Source: Takakia lepidozioides
Lineage: Eukaryota; Plantae; Bryophyta
DNA length: 64,000 nucleotides
Direction of reading: 5' to 3'
NCBI GenBank assembly: GCA_030704615.1
Contig: CM060734.1
Location: 61,008,001-61,072,000, forward strand
The notes under the pieces are model-generated. The model was given only the letters and a program-made list of their open reading frames with translations, made no database searches and was not told the origin of the DNA. The translations under genes were made by a program, and so were the position numbers. The first letter of the stretch is position 1, and every line of letters begins with the position of its first letter. Of the stretch, positions 25,223 through 40,200 are shown piece after piece.

Positions 25223-26583
25223 TTATCTAGTTTGCTCCGGCGCACATCTTCGAATGTGAGAGTGGATTGCGGGTTTCGAACCTTACAGGCAGAGATAGAA
25301 GCTGGCAGGTAGCTTTCATTGAATTTTAGTTTACCACGTGGAGTAATTCCTTTTTAAGGGTGGCCTCGAGCTGCAGACTCATGTACTGAAGAAATAGAGA
25401 AATGTAGCTGGCAATTATGGCCATGGGTTTTTTCAAAGTGCCATTCTGGGAGCTTGCAAAACCTCGTCTTCACCCGTGTTCTTGTGGACTGGCAGTCTGC
25501 TGTTCTTTGCGTGTTTTGCCTTGTGCAATCTGAATGAAGGCTTCCAATTCCTGCGCGCTTTCCCCGCATTCTATATGAGAGAGCGTCTCCTTAACATAAA
25601 TACTACCTCAATCATGACAACGTCTTTCCTGAGGAACACAGACTTAGTGTGTCGTACGCCTCTCCGAGTTCCTCGAGCAGTCTTGACAAAATGTATGTAT
25701 TTTATATACGCAACTGCCCTAATCTGATGTGTGGTCTTGGGGAGGGACGTGGAGATGAGTCAAGAAAGAGGCCCATGCCAGCGGTGGGGCTGGGGTGATT
25801 GGGCATGGGGTTTTTTTTATAACTTTGTTCTCCTGCCTTATACAGGTGACAAGCTCAACTAGGATGGATGAGGGAGACCTGTGGGGAAAAGGTGATAACT
25901 TTCTCATGGCAATGTGAGGCCAGGAGAAGGCTGCAAATGGGCAATGGTGGAGATTGCGGATTGCAGATTTATGGCTGTGGTAGTGCATTAATTTCACAAC
26001 CATCTCTAGCCCCTCCTAGCCTTAGGTCTCACTACTTGATTCCCACTACCAGGCCATTATGATGCACGCAAGCTGGTGAATTATGTTCTAAAGTCACTTC
26101 AGGGTCTCACCAGGGGTGCCCGTAGCTGAAAACAAGTGTTTGGGATAATTGTGGGATGGAGGTACTTTCTCAGCAACAGGCACCTGCTATGCATGGGCAT
26201 GTGGTGGCAGAGAGGCCTCAGTATGACAAAGGAGAGTGACTCCAGATGGAGCTTTCGCAGCCCCTACTGGCAGACTTTAGTCAAGAGGCAGGATAGAGAG
26301 GCAGTGGAAGAGGTATAGTATTCTATCAGAGTACCTACAGATATAGACAAACAGAACACCTGTTTGTGATCGACACTGAGCAACTAGAGAATGCTAGACA
26401 ATGAGAATTTGCATGGTCATGGATGCCATTAAGAATACCTGGATGTGAAGGGCTATCTTTGATAAGTTAGACCTTACATTGCTTGCAACTCATCTTTGTT
26501 GCGGATCATTAAGTATTACGAATCCACCTATTCTGGCCTACTAGCTTGGCTGAGTATTTACACAAAATGATGAACAGAGGTGC

Positions 26584-29500
26584 TCACTGTCTATCCACAG
26601 AACTCCTGGTTATGTTAGTGGCTAGCGGGACCTTCGACGGCTGAGGCAGTTTTTGAGCCGTACTTGGTTGTTGAGCCATATTTGGTTCCAGGAAGCCGTA
26701 TCTGTGACAACAAGTCATTGCATTTGCTTCAAGTAGCTTTAGAGCTGATGACATCTGATTTGCATGTTGAAGTTTCAATTTTGATATTACTTGTGTTGAT
26801 TGGACTGGCAGCTTTACTGAGCCTTGTGAGTGCCCAGTTTGAATGTAAAGAGACAGCGATTATACCTGTAGATACCTGAAGCCAAAACGGCGCCAAAACA
26901 AGGACCAAGCCAGTATATAATATGAGCTCTTCCCCAATGTCCAGAAACCAACGCCGGTCCAAAGCTGCGGGCAGGGTTCATGGAGGCACCTGTGTAGGGT
27001 AGGCCCACCAAATGGTCCACCACCACAGCAAATCCAATCGGTATGGGAGCAATCACCCCTGCATTTCAGGATTAAGGTCAGCGTCTTCAATCAAATGTGA
27101 TTTTTGTATCAACAAATCATTGCAGGAGAAGCATTACCAAGCAGTGGATCTGCTGAGAGAAAGATCCTGCAGCAGGAAGGGGGGAGGTAGGTTGGACTGG
27201 GCGAGACCAGAATGGAACCTAATACAATTGCTGAAGGCTAACTGTGCATGGGACAAAAACTTCATCCGGTGTGGTGCGTGTGTGGTTAGATGTGTGGCTT
27301 TGCAGTGTAGGTCACCTTACCAGGTCCCCGGCGGTCGACTGCAACCCCAAAAATAACAAAGATGAGCACAAAAGTTAGCATGATTTCCACGAGCAATCCT
27401 TGGCTGCCATAGAGACCAATGGCCAGGTCATGCGACCCTAACGATCCCCTCATAGAAGCCGGAGTAGAACACTTCAGTAGCCAAGCTCCTATAATTCCTC
27501 CCAGGAGCTACATACCACATGACCCAAGAAAATGTGTTAAACACCCATGTTTTCAAGCCAGTGGTTAATCTTCCCCTAAATGCCAAAGCTCTTGGGGAAA
27601 GTGCTTCATGGTTGCCTCCTGGGAAACTTTGCTTGACGTTCACTATTCCCAAAGGTTCAAATGTTTCTGGGTTGACACATTTGTCACACACATTGAACAG
27701 GGAAAGGGCTCAGATGCAGGGACAGAATATGCAAGGCAGATTATCGTTCAGGAGTCAGATGTATGGGTATACCTGAGCAACACAATAAAGGCCGGCACGG
27801 AGGAGAGTCTCTTTTCCAGCAATAACAAAGGCAAGCGTGACAGCTGGGTTAAGGTGGCCCCCAGAAATGGCGCCTGTTGCTCCTGTTAGAAATGAGATAG
27901 CGAGTCCATGTGCCAGTGATATGGCTACCAACCTTGCACTGAGCATGTTTTGTGATAACATTCCTGCAGTAGATTCCCCCACCGTTCAATCAGTATAGAG
28001 AATGCAAAAGGTCGGCTGCTGCATGGTCAGCATGTTGACCACATTTTAAAGGGGCAACAGTGGGCCTATCAACGCATAGTTGGATTCATGATCAACTTTA
28101 AAGGTTGCATCCACCTTAAATTGGCATGTTGTTCCTATCGATACCTAAGAGCTGGCATTGACATCACACTCGATGTTGAGACTAGCATGGCCATTTGGGC
28201 ACCTGTTGTATACATGGTTGTGGTTGCAATGCCGACTAGAGAGGGAGAAAAGGAAACAATGATTGAAGAAAGAAGATTATTGTGTTCGGGGGATGCCGAC
28301 AGAGGATAGAAATAGAACCAAAGGACTACTGAGAGACAGAGAAATGAAATAGTACTTTATGATGTACATGGGAAGCTCAGAAAGTTGATGGGAAACCGAA
28401 GAGAGAAATGAAATGAAATGAAATGGTGCTTTATAACGTCCGCGGAAAGCTCATAGAGCTTATGCGACAAAATGGAAGAAAACATGAGAGAGGAAACAAA
28501 ACCAGAGCCAAAAATAAAAGAGAGAAAAAGTGTAAGGATTATTTGCTGCTGGCAGGCTATGGGTCTCTCCATTTCTCTCTGCTATGGAGTAGACATTGTG
28601 TGAAGTGTGTACCCAGAAAGTATATGACAGAAAGAGATATATGTTGCCCATGGAAAGCTCAGATGGCTCATGGGAAAAACAGAATGTACTCATAAGACGT
28701 TGTTTGCCGCAGCCTTGTGGCCATTGACCCCGCGCCCAGTTTGAGCGGAACACAAAGGGGACAGAAACAACCTTTGTCAGGGGCCGGTAGTATGACTTAC
28801 CTCGGAACAGACAATTGATAAGAATATCCTCTAGAAATCCCTTCACACAAGCATCAATCTGCTGTGTGTGATTGCCATTGGAAAAACAGAGAGAAAGCAA
28901 GAGAGGGAGAGAGAGCTGCTCATCTGCATCTTGAAAATACATTCCTCAACTGGGAGTTGAACCAAAAATATAGGGTGATGGTGTGGACACTAGTCTTTTG
29001 CATGTGTCTGTGGTTTGATTCTGTGACAAAACTTAAAACAGTGTGACAATGCAGCATTATACTAATATGGGAACTAGAAGATGGAGAATGCCGTGCCTGT
29101 TGCAACAACAGAACCACAACCCAGATATACAAAGAACATTGTTCCTAAGAACTCTGCTGCTGCTGCTCGCCACTGCTCCTTCGACCGCAGTGTCTTGTGA
29201 TCACCAAGTTCCACCTGCATCCATACCACAACCAATGTATAGCGGGTGTAGTGACCTGCTTTAGTAGGCTTCAATATTGTTGCACAAATCTGTGAGGGAG
29301 AGGGAGAGGGGAAGGAGGAGAAACTTGATATATCCCTGGGAGGCCCATGGGATACATTCAAGAACATAGGAGAACTACGGAAACCAAAGGACAAATCAGA
29401 CTAAAAAACTTGAACAAATACTGTTTGCCCAGGTAAGTCACTTGGCACTTCAAGTCCTCATAATGGAAGGCCTCTTACAGGGATTGTAAATCTCTAGAAG

Positions 29501-29817
29501 GACACCAATGTCTTTCCTGTATCTTGTGGTATGTACACGAAATTTAATGTGGCCACCAGAGGCAGAGGGCGAGAGAGACTGACCTTCATGAAATTGAGCA
29601 TGGTTACCATCCTGACCATAGTTTGAATGGCAGCAGGCTGCTGTGATTCCAACTGGGAATCATGGAGCTCAACATCACCTCTTGACGTGCCCGCACCGCC
29701 ATAATGTGCTGCATCTTGCCTTTGATCCTGAAGCTCCAACTGAATGTATGGTTCCCTTTTGGTTGGGCTCGCTCCCCTTATTGGTCGGTCATATCCGGCC
29801 CTCCCCTTTGGATCCAT
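26584..29817 (-). CDS. HIP1: Aquaporin/MIP, hybrid intrinsic protein (HIP) type
   Basis: Exons ~29584-29817, 29097-29214 (AAAEFLGT), 27773-27963 (AHGLAI...SGGHLNPAVT), 27321-27507, 26866-27058 (DHLVGLPYTGASMNPARSFGPA) and 26584-26701. Two NPA boxes; ar/R filter read as H/H/A/R. The start codon is uncertain. Confidence 0.88.
28684..28878 (-). mobile_element. Short 3'-end LINE copy in an aquaporin intron
   Basis: Matches the LINE 3' end (3160-3360). Flanked by the direct repeat GGAAAAACAGA (~28673-28683 and ~28880-28890). Confidence 0.88.
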
Positions 29818-31201
29818 ACATGCACTAAGACCAAATTTTTTTGTGAGACCCTTGCCTCTAGTATTCTCTCCACCTCTCAGCGGCAACAGGTCTCCTGTGT
29901 CTGCTCTGTCCAGCCCTGGCCCAAAATCCAAAGGCTACCCCAAGCAAAGTGGGTACATTGACATTCTCCTATTTCGGCAAGCCAGTACATGCCACTTCTT
30001 TATGTCCGTTGGCTTGTGGTTCCTCCTGCAATCTCTACTGTGAGGTACAATCTGAGCTCAAATCCAGAGGTAAAGTTTGAAGATAGAAGGGGGAACCCTC
30101 CATCCATCCAAACCCAATGGCATTCCTTTCGTTAGCAATTGGGTAAGATACTGTATGATCTGTGACACAAGGGTAGATGTGGTCCGCCAAGGGAGGCATT
30201 TGTCTGATTGCGTATGGAGCTCTGTAGAGGAAGGAAGGTACGTTGATACCTGAAAGAGGCTATTCCAAATGGAGCATCCCAAGAGCCGAATTTTCAACCA
30301 AGCGTGGAGTGCAAATGTTGGAGTGCATGGGAACCAACACACCCCACCGTGCTGTTCAATTCAGCAAGAAATGTTGGATGGCACAACCAACGAAGTCAGA
30401 ACCTGAGGTGGGCACCGCTGCAGCCAGCTCTTTCCATGGTTACGGTGTACAGATTTCGAGAGATTGTGGCCGGCCTGAGGAGGAAATAGCAAGGCAACGA
30501 CGATGGCAGTTAATGCGGTTGAGCAACACTGTCTGATGGCCCATCCTCACCCAACCGTTGCAGAAACCCTAAAAGCGTTCTAGGGTATTCATATAAAAAC
30601 TTCCCTGCATCAGTCATTTGTAAGAATGTGCATCCATGTATTCTACGCCTGTATATATCGGACTGTGCCCTAATTAATCACACAGGGCTCCTAATCTTCA
30701 GGGTCCTGGCTCCTTTCTTCGATTGGACGAGTTCCTTTACTAGATCTTGACATCATCATCATATTCTTTAGCAATTATCTGCATCTCTAGCCTCCATCCC
30801 TCCTCATTTACACTGGCTGCTTCCTTCGAATGACAGAGTTTACTTTTGTATGAACTTAAGTGGGATCACCAGTCGTGAGCTCTACTCAGGGTTCAAATTG
30901 GTACTCTCCAATGAGCCTTGTGATTATTCGGAACCTCTCACACTCAGTTTGACAGCAGTTGCTCCAGGGTGTTTCCCTGTCGTCAAGATTTAAAGAAAAG
31001 GCCCGAGCCTGTGGAGTCTGCGTTGCAGGTTCATATCTGCCTCAAGTTTTGGAACGGAGGATTGTAGCAATCTGACAGTGAAGGGGCAGGTTGCCTGTGC
31101 GGGGGAGCTGGAATGCTGCGCGTTAGCGTGAAATAGAGTGGTGGAGGTTGCGCAGGATGAAGGATGTTTGTGTCGGAGCCTGAGGAAAGAAGAGAGAGGA
31201 A

Positions 31202-34200
31202 ATGCCGACCAAGTTAATTAGGCCTCTGTCTGTCATATGCCAGTTTGAGCCTTTTGGTCTTTCTGTAGAGCCGGCTTGCTCCAAGGGAGAGAAGTGGTCG
31301 GCTTTGAGGGAGCAAAATGGCGACTGGATGTGCGATGCGGACGACAATGAAGGGGGAGGAAGCGGGACGGAGGTTGCGCAGGATTGCTATTGTCTTTTTG
31401 ACTCCGAATCCATCAGAGAGAGAGGAGGAGGATTGGAGCACGTTGCTACTGGAGCATCTTGCTGGGACCACGATGAAGAACTTTTCATTCATGGAAACAC
31501 GTATCTCTCTGGTCCCTTCCCTATCTCTGGGGCCGTGACTCTGCTGTCGCTCCCCGTTTTTTCATGCATCCTTTTCCCTTCTGTCAAGCGCGGGATTTAA
31601 CTACGCAATTAGCCTTTTAAGTGTAGTCTCCAGCTCAACCAGGAATGTGTCAGGAGTCGAAGTGCATGTTCCTCAAGATGTTTTTGGCTTTCCCCCTGGT
31701 GCATGCAGTGCTGTGGGGGACCTCCTACAACTCTGTGCACATCACGGGTTTTCCCTATTTCCATTGCGTGTTTTCTTCACCAGTCCTTTCTGTGGACGAA
31801 TGGGCACAGAATCGTATGGAGTGCTGGACATCAGGTGCGGAAGCGTTTCAGTTCCTCGACCACCGTGATTCAGGTGTACATTACGGCTTCTCTTTCCCTC
31901 CCTGTAAAATGTGGTGTTGCATTGTATGATCCTCTCCCTTTCCTGGCTTTTGAACCTCGGAAAGAAAGCCTCTGTCCAGATTCTCATTGAAGCACTTTAT
32001 TATTGCTTGTCTTCCTGCACCTGAATTCTCTGGCTCTTTTACCTCTCTTTGTTTCCAAGATGACCTACATGAAGCCTTTTCTCCTTCAACCGAACAGCTG
32101 TGGGATGTAGTTTAGGTGTAGGCTAAGGGTTTTGGCCAGTGTTCTGATTGAAAGGTTTTGGGAATGGTTTCATCTGCTCAATTTCCTGTCAACTCTCTAG
32201 TCAAGAAAGAGGCAAAGTAGGGAAAAGCGGACTGAAGAGAAGGGGTTGGGGGGGGGAGAGAGGGAGAATGAGGGTGGGCAACATGCTGACCGGTGGGGTA
32301 TTGCAGGCTAAGTGGTGTCGTTTGGAAGCCATGAGGGAACCTCTTTTATGTGTTCTACATTCAGATTCGTTAACCACTTACACTCCATCAGGTAAGCTTC
32401 CAAAATGTGATGAGAAGTAGGGTTTAAGGTTTTCTTCTCCTACTCTGTTACCTTGCTTCTGGATGCCATGATCTTGTATGTCTCCTAAATCAAGGGTTGT
32501 TGATAACATACAATCCTTCTGAAGATCTTGCAATAATTGTTGACAGAAAACAGGTTTTATGTTTTGTCACTTGTTGTTGTTCTTTATCTGTCTGTCTCCT
32601 TGGGCCCAATGTCACATATCAATTTCCAGCACAGTGGTATGACCATGATTGAATAGAACTGGTTTCTCTTTCCCACCCCTAATCCACTTCTCTTGTCTGC
32701 TTGCTAGGTACATGTGCACTAATGTTATTTGTTGGATCCATTGTTGATGAAACATTATTACATGCTGGGGATGTATTGCATCTATTGTGTCTTCAGAGCG
32801 GGTTCTCAGGGTTGATCTCAAATGCAACTACTTTATTATGGCTCTTATTGCAGGAGCAATGAACTCAGTGCCCTTCCAATTTTCGGTGGAGTCAATCTGG
32901 TCACTTCCATGTGGGTTGTTGCTTCAACGAGCAGTAGATAGCAGTCCCCTTGTCAGTTCTGAGGCAACCCATGTGATGGGCTCTCCATTAGCTGCTCGAG
33001 AATGGTATCGTGAAGGATTTAGGGAAGGAGTTCTTCCTGGATCAGGCAACAAGATCTCCCCACTGACACACAACTCTGTTGGAGGCTTATCCAATCGCCG
33101 GACAAGTGTTATCTCTCCTCTTACACCTATCCCTGTCTCGTCGCTCTTCACCCTGCAACACCCACTTGAAGAGCCTCAGGTAACTTGCCTATCCATAGGG
33201 AACTTTTGGCAATGACTGGGAGATTATTGGGGTGTGGATTTTGAATGTCTCACCCCTGGGTTACAGAAAAGTTTTGCTCAAATTTTGATACCAGTGACGA
33301 ATGGAATTCTGATACTGAGGTGTTGCAACATGTAGCCAACTGTTGCACAGGTTTGCAAAGGTAGGTTTTGGGAATAGCTGACATTACCTACACTAGTCAG
33401 CTAGCCTTCTTTGGCATTTCATAGGTATACCTTCTCTGGTAATGAGGTAATTGCTAATACTCTCTACATACTAATGCCCTCCTTTTTGTTGTTGTTTCTT
33501 TTCCTGGTCATTTTGTCCTGGTGCCTTGGTTTTCATCTCATGTGCTCTTATCACCTTGTATGTGGCTATCTTTTAATCTTTGGTTACCTTTCAAATGTCA
33601 GTTCAGAGTTTACTAGGTTCTCACATTGATAATGAAATGCTAATATGCTCACACTTACTTATGATACAAGTGCCTGGCAGCCAGTACAAGTTGAAGAAGG
33701 TGGAAAGTTACATTCAATCTCAGACATGGAGGAGAAGATAATCTGGACTAGCAGTGAAGCTCCTTATGTCGCTACCTATCACACTGGTACAAATGTGATT
33801 GCTTCTTTTCCCAGGTCCCCTAAATTTTCTCTTGGTTCTGGTACGATGCACCCTGAACCTCTTACTCATGCTTGTTGGGTTGAGGGCAGGAAGGAGGCAA
33901 CACTCTGTGTGGCTAGTGAAGGCTGCCCCTTCAGACAGCTGTCTGGCTCAGACTGGGCCAGACATGCATGGGAAAAACAGGCATGCATGGGAAAGTCCTG
34001 GGACTGTTTGCCTTCAGCGTGCTTGGGTGGAAAAGGGTGGGCACCCGCAAGCCAATCAGGTACCACTTGTTCTTCCAAATGACTTTCCCTTACAGTCTGC
34101 TTTCCTAATTGTCAGTGCTCGACCATTTGAAAAGCCAAACAGATGCAACGTAAGTCATGGGATACTATTCTCACTACCAGAACTAAAACATAGATCCCTT

Positions 34201-37200
34201 CCTGTTGGGCATGTCCATTTTCTTTTCAGATGTTTCGATTTATTGGTTTTTGTGCTCAGATATTCCTGGCAACAGATGAAGACGGAGTGCCAATACTTTG
34301 TATGGTCGTGGAGGAACGACAGAAACTGTTCTCTTTCAGGCTATATAGTCAAGGAGTCTCTCAAGACCTTGCAATCAACCTAAGGCTGGAGGTTGCATGG
34401 ACCATTGATGCTGTCTCTGCTGCCCCTGTTGTGGCAACCCGTCCAAGGTCTCTCCAGATCTTTTAGTTTGTGGTGTGCATTAGATGAGTTGGACAGAAAA
34501 TTGGGCGGATCTGATGAGAAACCTTTTAAATTATGTGGATCAGTGCAAAGCCATATCCATAATTAGCTGTGTTCAAGGTGAAATCCACCTTTTCTTACTA
34601 CTAGCTTCTATTTCTGGTTCGTTGAAGACTGGTTTATTTCTGTCCTGACCCTTCCCGGTGGGAGAGGCATAGCAAAGTCAAGATGTCAGCAGCAATCTCT
34701 GTGCTACTTTGTTCTTAGTCTGAATTGAATTGGATGTGTTGTCAATTTTGTTCATGGTGGCAGGTTCAAGAATAGAGGGCTACCACATTTCGATCTCCTG
34801 ACTCTGTCGCCTGATGGCAACCTCTTGCTTCATGTAAGTAAAGTGTAGGTGGTATACTAGGCAGTTCTTTCTCTTTTCTTGCGGCACGGTACACCGTCTC
34901 ATATTCTCTTTGCCTAAAATCTATCCATCTGTATTGCAATTCCTCTCTCTGATGACTGATGCTGTCACTGTTGACAGACAGGGAAGTATCTCGTGTGCGA
35001 ATACTACCTACCTTATGCTGCAGTGCAGAATCTGAAGCTCCTCCCTGGAGCTAGAGACGCAGCACAGCAGGCTCGAGGACCAGTAGCTCCAAGGGGTTCT
35101 TCAGGGGTACAACGTGAGGAGACTGATCCAGTGGTTGGTCTACGAGATGCAGTGAAGGGTCGCGTAAATGTGGTTACTGAATCTGGCAAGGTTGAATCTT
35201 CAGTCTTTGTTTGTTTCTTTTGGCAAATAGAGGTGAATCCATGTAAAATCTTCAGGTCATATTAGATAAAAAGTGAACCCTTAGTCTTAAAAAGCCTCCA
35301 GATGCTTCCACCGGTAGAACCAGATGTATAGTGACCCATGTGAGATTGGCCCAAGCCTGGCTTCAACCATTGCTTGAGAGATGCCCCAGGCATTCAGCAT
35401 CTTCTGTCGGTTGCCTCGGTAAAGTGCACCCAAATACAAGTCATAATTAATAATCACAAATGCAGTCCTTTTTAATCTAGTCAGTGTCAATGTGATCAAG
35501 GATATGTTGATTTGCATATGAGGAGTGATTCTCCAAACTACGTTGCTGTTTATGCAGGTTTACCGATGTGCAGTTGGTTTGACCCCCTCATCTGCAATCA
35601 CAGTGCTATGTATTAATGCATTGGCTGAAGGCCTTCGCCCTAGCGTCTATCGGTACCTGTTAGGTCGCCTGCTGGACCGTGAGTTTGCAGTGTCAGAAGC
35701 TCTCCATGTCCCTACAGCCAAACCTGATGGGAAACCTGATATTGGCTGGGCCGCTTTTTCGGCCCTCATAACAGAGTTAATCAGAGATATGCCCGGAGAA
35801 GTATGCGTACCCAAAAAAGGAAAACGCGCCAAAGAGTCCATCTCATCTTGGGACTTTCTACTTCAGAGCAGCATGCACCAAAGCAATTTGGCAAACTTAC
35901 GCTATTCTGGACTGCCTCTACCACAAATGCCCGGCCTTGTGGATACTCTGCCACTTCCAGGACCGAGCCTGCCTGATTATGATGATAGTAAAACAGCTGT
36001 TTATTTCTCAGTGATGGTTGAGATTCTGGAGGTACTGCATGCTGTTTATGAAGACTGCAAGCTTGACACTCTGCGCTGGCGGTATGCTCTCTACTGCCCA
36101 CCTGCCTAACCCGAACTCTGAATTGGAATACGATTCCCATTCCAATAATTGGTCAGAGAGACTGTCCTAGCTAATCAACAATTACTTGTCCCATTTCAGT
36201 GTTCGACTGAGTATGTTTGATGAAGTGAAGGGCATAAAAGGAACCAGCATGCCATGAAACCCCTGCACCTTGTACTAGTAGGTATCGACATGCCCTCCAG
36301 CCCTTGGGTTGTCTTCCACTAGTAGAGTACGTGAAACATCCTCGCAATTTGCAAAGAGAACTGTTCAACCTAGAAACTGGACATCATTCGAGTGGCTTAA
36401 ATTGCAAAGTCTAAACCAATTCTCCTGGCCACTGGACCAGTGCTGTCAAATTAAGGAAGCATAGAGCATCCAGATCCAGGCTCTTGCCTCAATTACAGTG
36501 TTTGTAGTTCTATGTTCTATGACCCACAACACATCAAATATACTGGTTGCTGAAGGAGTCCTGACCGTTGGTTACATGAGAATATCTTTGGAAGCCTCTG
36601 ATCAGTCTGTGGTAAATCTAACTATTTCAAGAATACTAGGCCTATTGTGCTCTGAGCAGTTAACGTACTTTGTAAAAGCACATGTTGTTAACAAGAATCT
36701 AGCCACATATTCAGTAAAAGGCAGTTTAGCTTTGAGAAAAACATCAAAATATTCACTAGCTTCCTGTCAATGACTGCCTGAATGAACTGTATCTTTTGGC
36801 TTAATTTGAGAAGCACAAGATAATACCAAAAGTTGGGGGCTTCCTTGGGTTTTCGTTGACACATGATTGGATTGATGGAAGGGCAGAAACTTATTGTTCC
36901 ACCAGTACATTGAGCCTTTTAAGAGACTTTTGTTGCTTTTACAGAGTATTCATAATTTGATTCTAAGCCACAAGCAAAAGAGACGTTGAGAATGGATTAT
37001 GGAAGTGACCTAGTGCCTGGATATTCATAGAGTATGGATGCAGCCAGCAGCCCCCAGAGAGACCTATAGAACAACATTGAAACCCACGACTGCTCTGGAA
37101 GGGTTAGCATCTCACAGGAACTTCTCTTTCTCTATTCGTGTCCCTCCTAATCGACCCTATATCTTGGAAGCAGGATCGCCCTGTCAAACAGGCTAAGTCC

Positions 37201-40200
37201 TGGCGGAAGAGAGTAGAAGAGATTCTCAAGGATCTGAATCGAAGTCCGCCAGCCTTGACCCTGCTGGATTAATCTGACTTAGAGGCTGTAGTGTCCAAAG
37301 CCATGTCTGTTGCCAGGAAGTTGTCTGATGAATATGAAGTTAGGCAGAAAACTTCCCTGAACTTGTTTCCAGTCTGTGACATGGGAGGCCATCATGGATG
37401 ACCTCAAGGGTTTACCCACCCTCAGCACTAGACCGAAATTTAAACTCAGGGTGGGAAGCCTACCTTTGAACAGCAAACAGAAGCAGAGAGGAAAGGGGGA
37501 TTGCAAATGTCCGTTGTGTGGGCAACCTGAAGACAATATTCACTTTCTGATTCATTGTCCTGGGTACTCTCACCAGAGAGACGTCCTCTTCAAATCCATC
37601 AAGGGAATTGTGCCTGTACCTCTGTTTACCAACTCTGAAAGTCTCGAGGCTGAGCCAAAAACCCAGGCCCTTTTGGGGGCTAGTTATTGGGCAAACCACA
37701 CACAGCAGATTGATGCTTGTGTGAAGGGATTTCTAGAGGATATCTGGGAAACTCGGATCAATTGTCTGTTCCAAGTTAAGTCATACTACCAGTGTCAGCC
37801 CCTGACAAATGTAGTTTCTGTCCCTTTGTGTTCCGCTCAAACTGAGCGCAGGGTCGATGGCCACAAGGCTGCGGCAACCGTTTTATGAGTACATTCTATT
37901 CGTGTCCCCTGTGGCCTCAGATGGACGCAGTTTAATTTCCTTATTTCTCTCTCTCTCTGTGCTACAGAACTGGGATGTGATACCTCTCAGCACTCTTTGG
38001 AGGGCGGAATTATGAAGTTTAGGGCTGTGGAGTTATCTGACGTCAATAATTGTGAAGAGATGTTTGTATCTTGGAATGTTTGTGCCTGCAGAGAACTGTG
38101 GCAACTTGCAGCGTCGCTAAGCAGCCTGGCAGCTGCGGCAGGTGAACTGGATTATGTGGATCATTATGCTCGTGATTTTCCCACAGCTGTTCCTGCAATG
38201 CCTAAATTGTCCGACCCAAAAAGCCTCCGAAATGAGGGGAGGGCTCCATCCAACCTCCTCCAATGGCTAGCAAATTGCTTGAAAGGCAGGGGAATGGCTG
38301 AGAATTCTGAAAGTTTGCCTGGTTTGCTCAAAAAGGACCCCACAAACTGTGTGGATTGGTCTCGAAAGGTTGTTGCATTCTTCGAGCTGTTGATGGGGGG
38401 CCAAGTGAGTGGTAGGCAGCTGCAATCAGGGGTGCATATCAGCTTAGCTACAGGCAGCGCTACTAGTCCAGAGCAGCGGACAGTTCTAGCCATGGTGGCT
38501 GAAGGTTTTGGGCTGCCTGATTTGGACCGTCTGCCTCCTGGTGTCTCTCTCCCCTTGCGACATGTATGGCAAATGTCTCCAACTTTTTCAGGCTTGAAAC
38601 CCAAATCGTTATCTAGACAACATGTTGCCATAGTTTGTACGCAGTCACATCTAAGTGTGTTTTTGTTGAATGTGTCCACAGACCTATTTCTTGTCTGTTG
38701 ATTTGTTTTGTCTTCTGTTGAACCTTAGGCGTCTCTCATCAGGGTTGTCCCTCCTGATGAGAGCAGCTACAACCCCTCCACACTTGTCAGCAATTGGACA
38801 TCCGTGAAACTTGATGCAGCTGTATGAGAGAGCATCAGCTCAATGTGAATGTGTGGACATATTAAGTATACTTCGTTTGCTGCCTATTCCAGGCTTTGAA
38901 CAGATGCCGTGAAGCTCCCCCAGGAGATTGGCCACGACATGCTTATGTTTTGATTGGCCGTGAAGATCTAGCCTCCACCCCCGTTGCCCACTCCACTGAC
39001 CCCAAGATTGTCCCACAAATTGGTGAAATGCTACCTGTCAATAGCTCTGTGGGTTTGAGGACAACTGCAGATGATGTGTGGATGGCGGCTCCATATATTC
39101 TCCATCTAAGGCCTGTGCCCATCTTGCCAGCATCCAGCGATCCACATGAGTTCGCAGATCCTGATGTGCAGGTTTAGCTTAATGTCAACTCTTGTTTTAA
39201 CATTCATTACAAATTCGATTTTAGTCAGATAAATGTTGTGAACCAGTTCATCGGCACTACAAACATGTGCATCTGGTGATGGTGCCTGTTGCAGGGGCTA
39301 CACTAGGTTTGCGCAGTCACATCTAGATCTGCATGTCATGACAGTTTGTGACAGAAAATTCAACAAGTTCAGGGCTGCAGGCTGCAGGAGGTATGGAGGC
39401 ACTGCTTAGTGATGGCATGGAATATATCTTTACCACATCAACACCCTTACGTTTCGGCCGTGATCTTCGCCTGAATGAGGTACCTGATTTCCTGCATGTG
39501 AGAGGAAAGAAAAAGGTCTTGATTTACATATATCAGATTATAAAGCTGTGGATGGATGCAGGTGAGGCGGTTGCTAGGGTCCTCAAAGCCAGTAGCTGTT
39601 CGTACCGCCAACTCACCGGATGTCAGCGACCCTGATATTGTTGCCCAACAGCAGGTGAGTGATCTGCAATTTCTTCTGTTGACATCCATGGCAAGGGATG
39701 TTAAGTATTTGGTCCCTCTCTGCCTTCTCGTCTTCTTCTCCCACCTAATGGAGGATCCTTTGATTGGTTGGCAGGCGCAGCTTTGGCTGCTAGCACAGCG
39801 AACGACAGCTCTATCATTTGGTCGAGGGGCTTTTACTTTGGCCACATCACGTCCTCTTCTGACTGAGGTCCAACAACCCTAATTTTGTTGCCATTCTTCG
39901 TCTTGAGATTTTGTAGCACTTTTCCACTTGGAGTCCTTTTCTTTTGTGGACATTTTGTGACACATAGTGGAGGCACCCTGGTAGGAGGTTGCTGTAGCAT
40001 CAGTATATTGCGACAGCCATGTGTGAGATTAAGTCCAATTATGCTTAATGCTTGTATGGTTTCCAGGCTCTCCCCATCCCGAAGCTGGTCTTGGCAGGTC
40101 GTCTTCCCTCCCAACATGATGCTACTGTAAGTGTGCAGTTGAAAGAAGTCTTGGTTTTCTCAATGTACTTCGCCGGTAACATGACAATTCGAAAATGTAT

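Noticed and set aside
28143-28236. Extra aquaporin exon (GIATTTMYTTGAQM...)
   Set aside because: Splice phases are incompatible, and the protein is complete without it.
31501-31510. U12-type intron donor in APC1 (gtatctct)
   Set aside because: It deviates from the GTATCCTT consensus, and I saw no clear U12 branch site near the acceptor.
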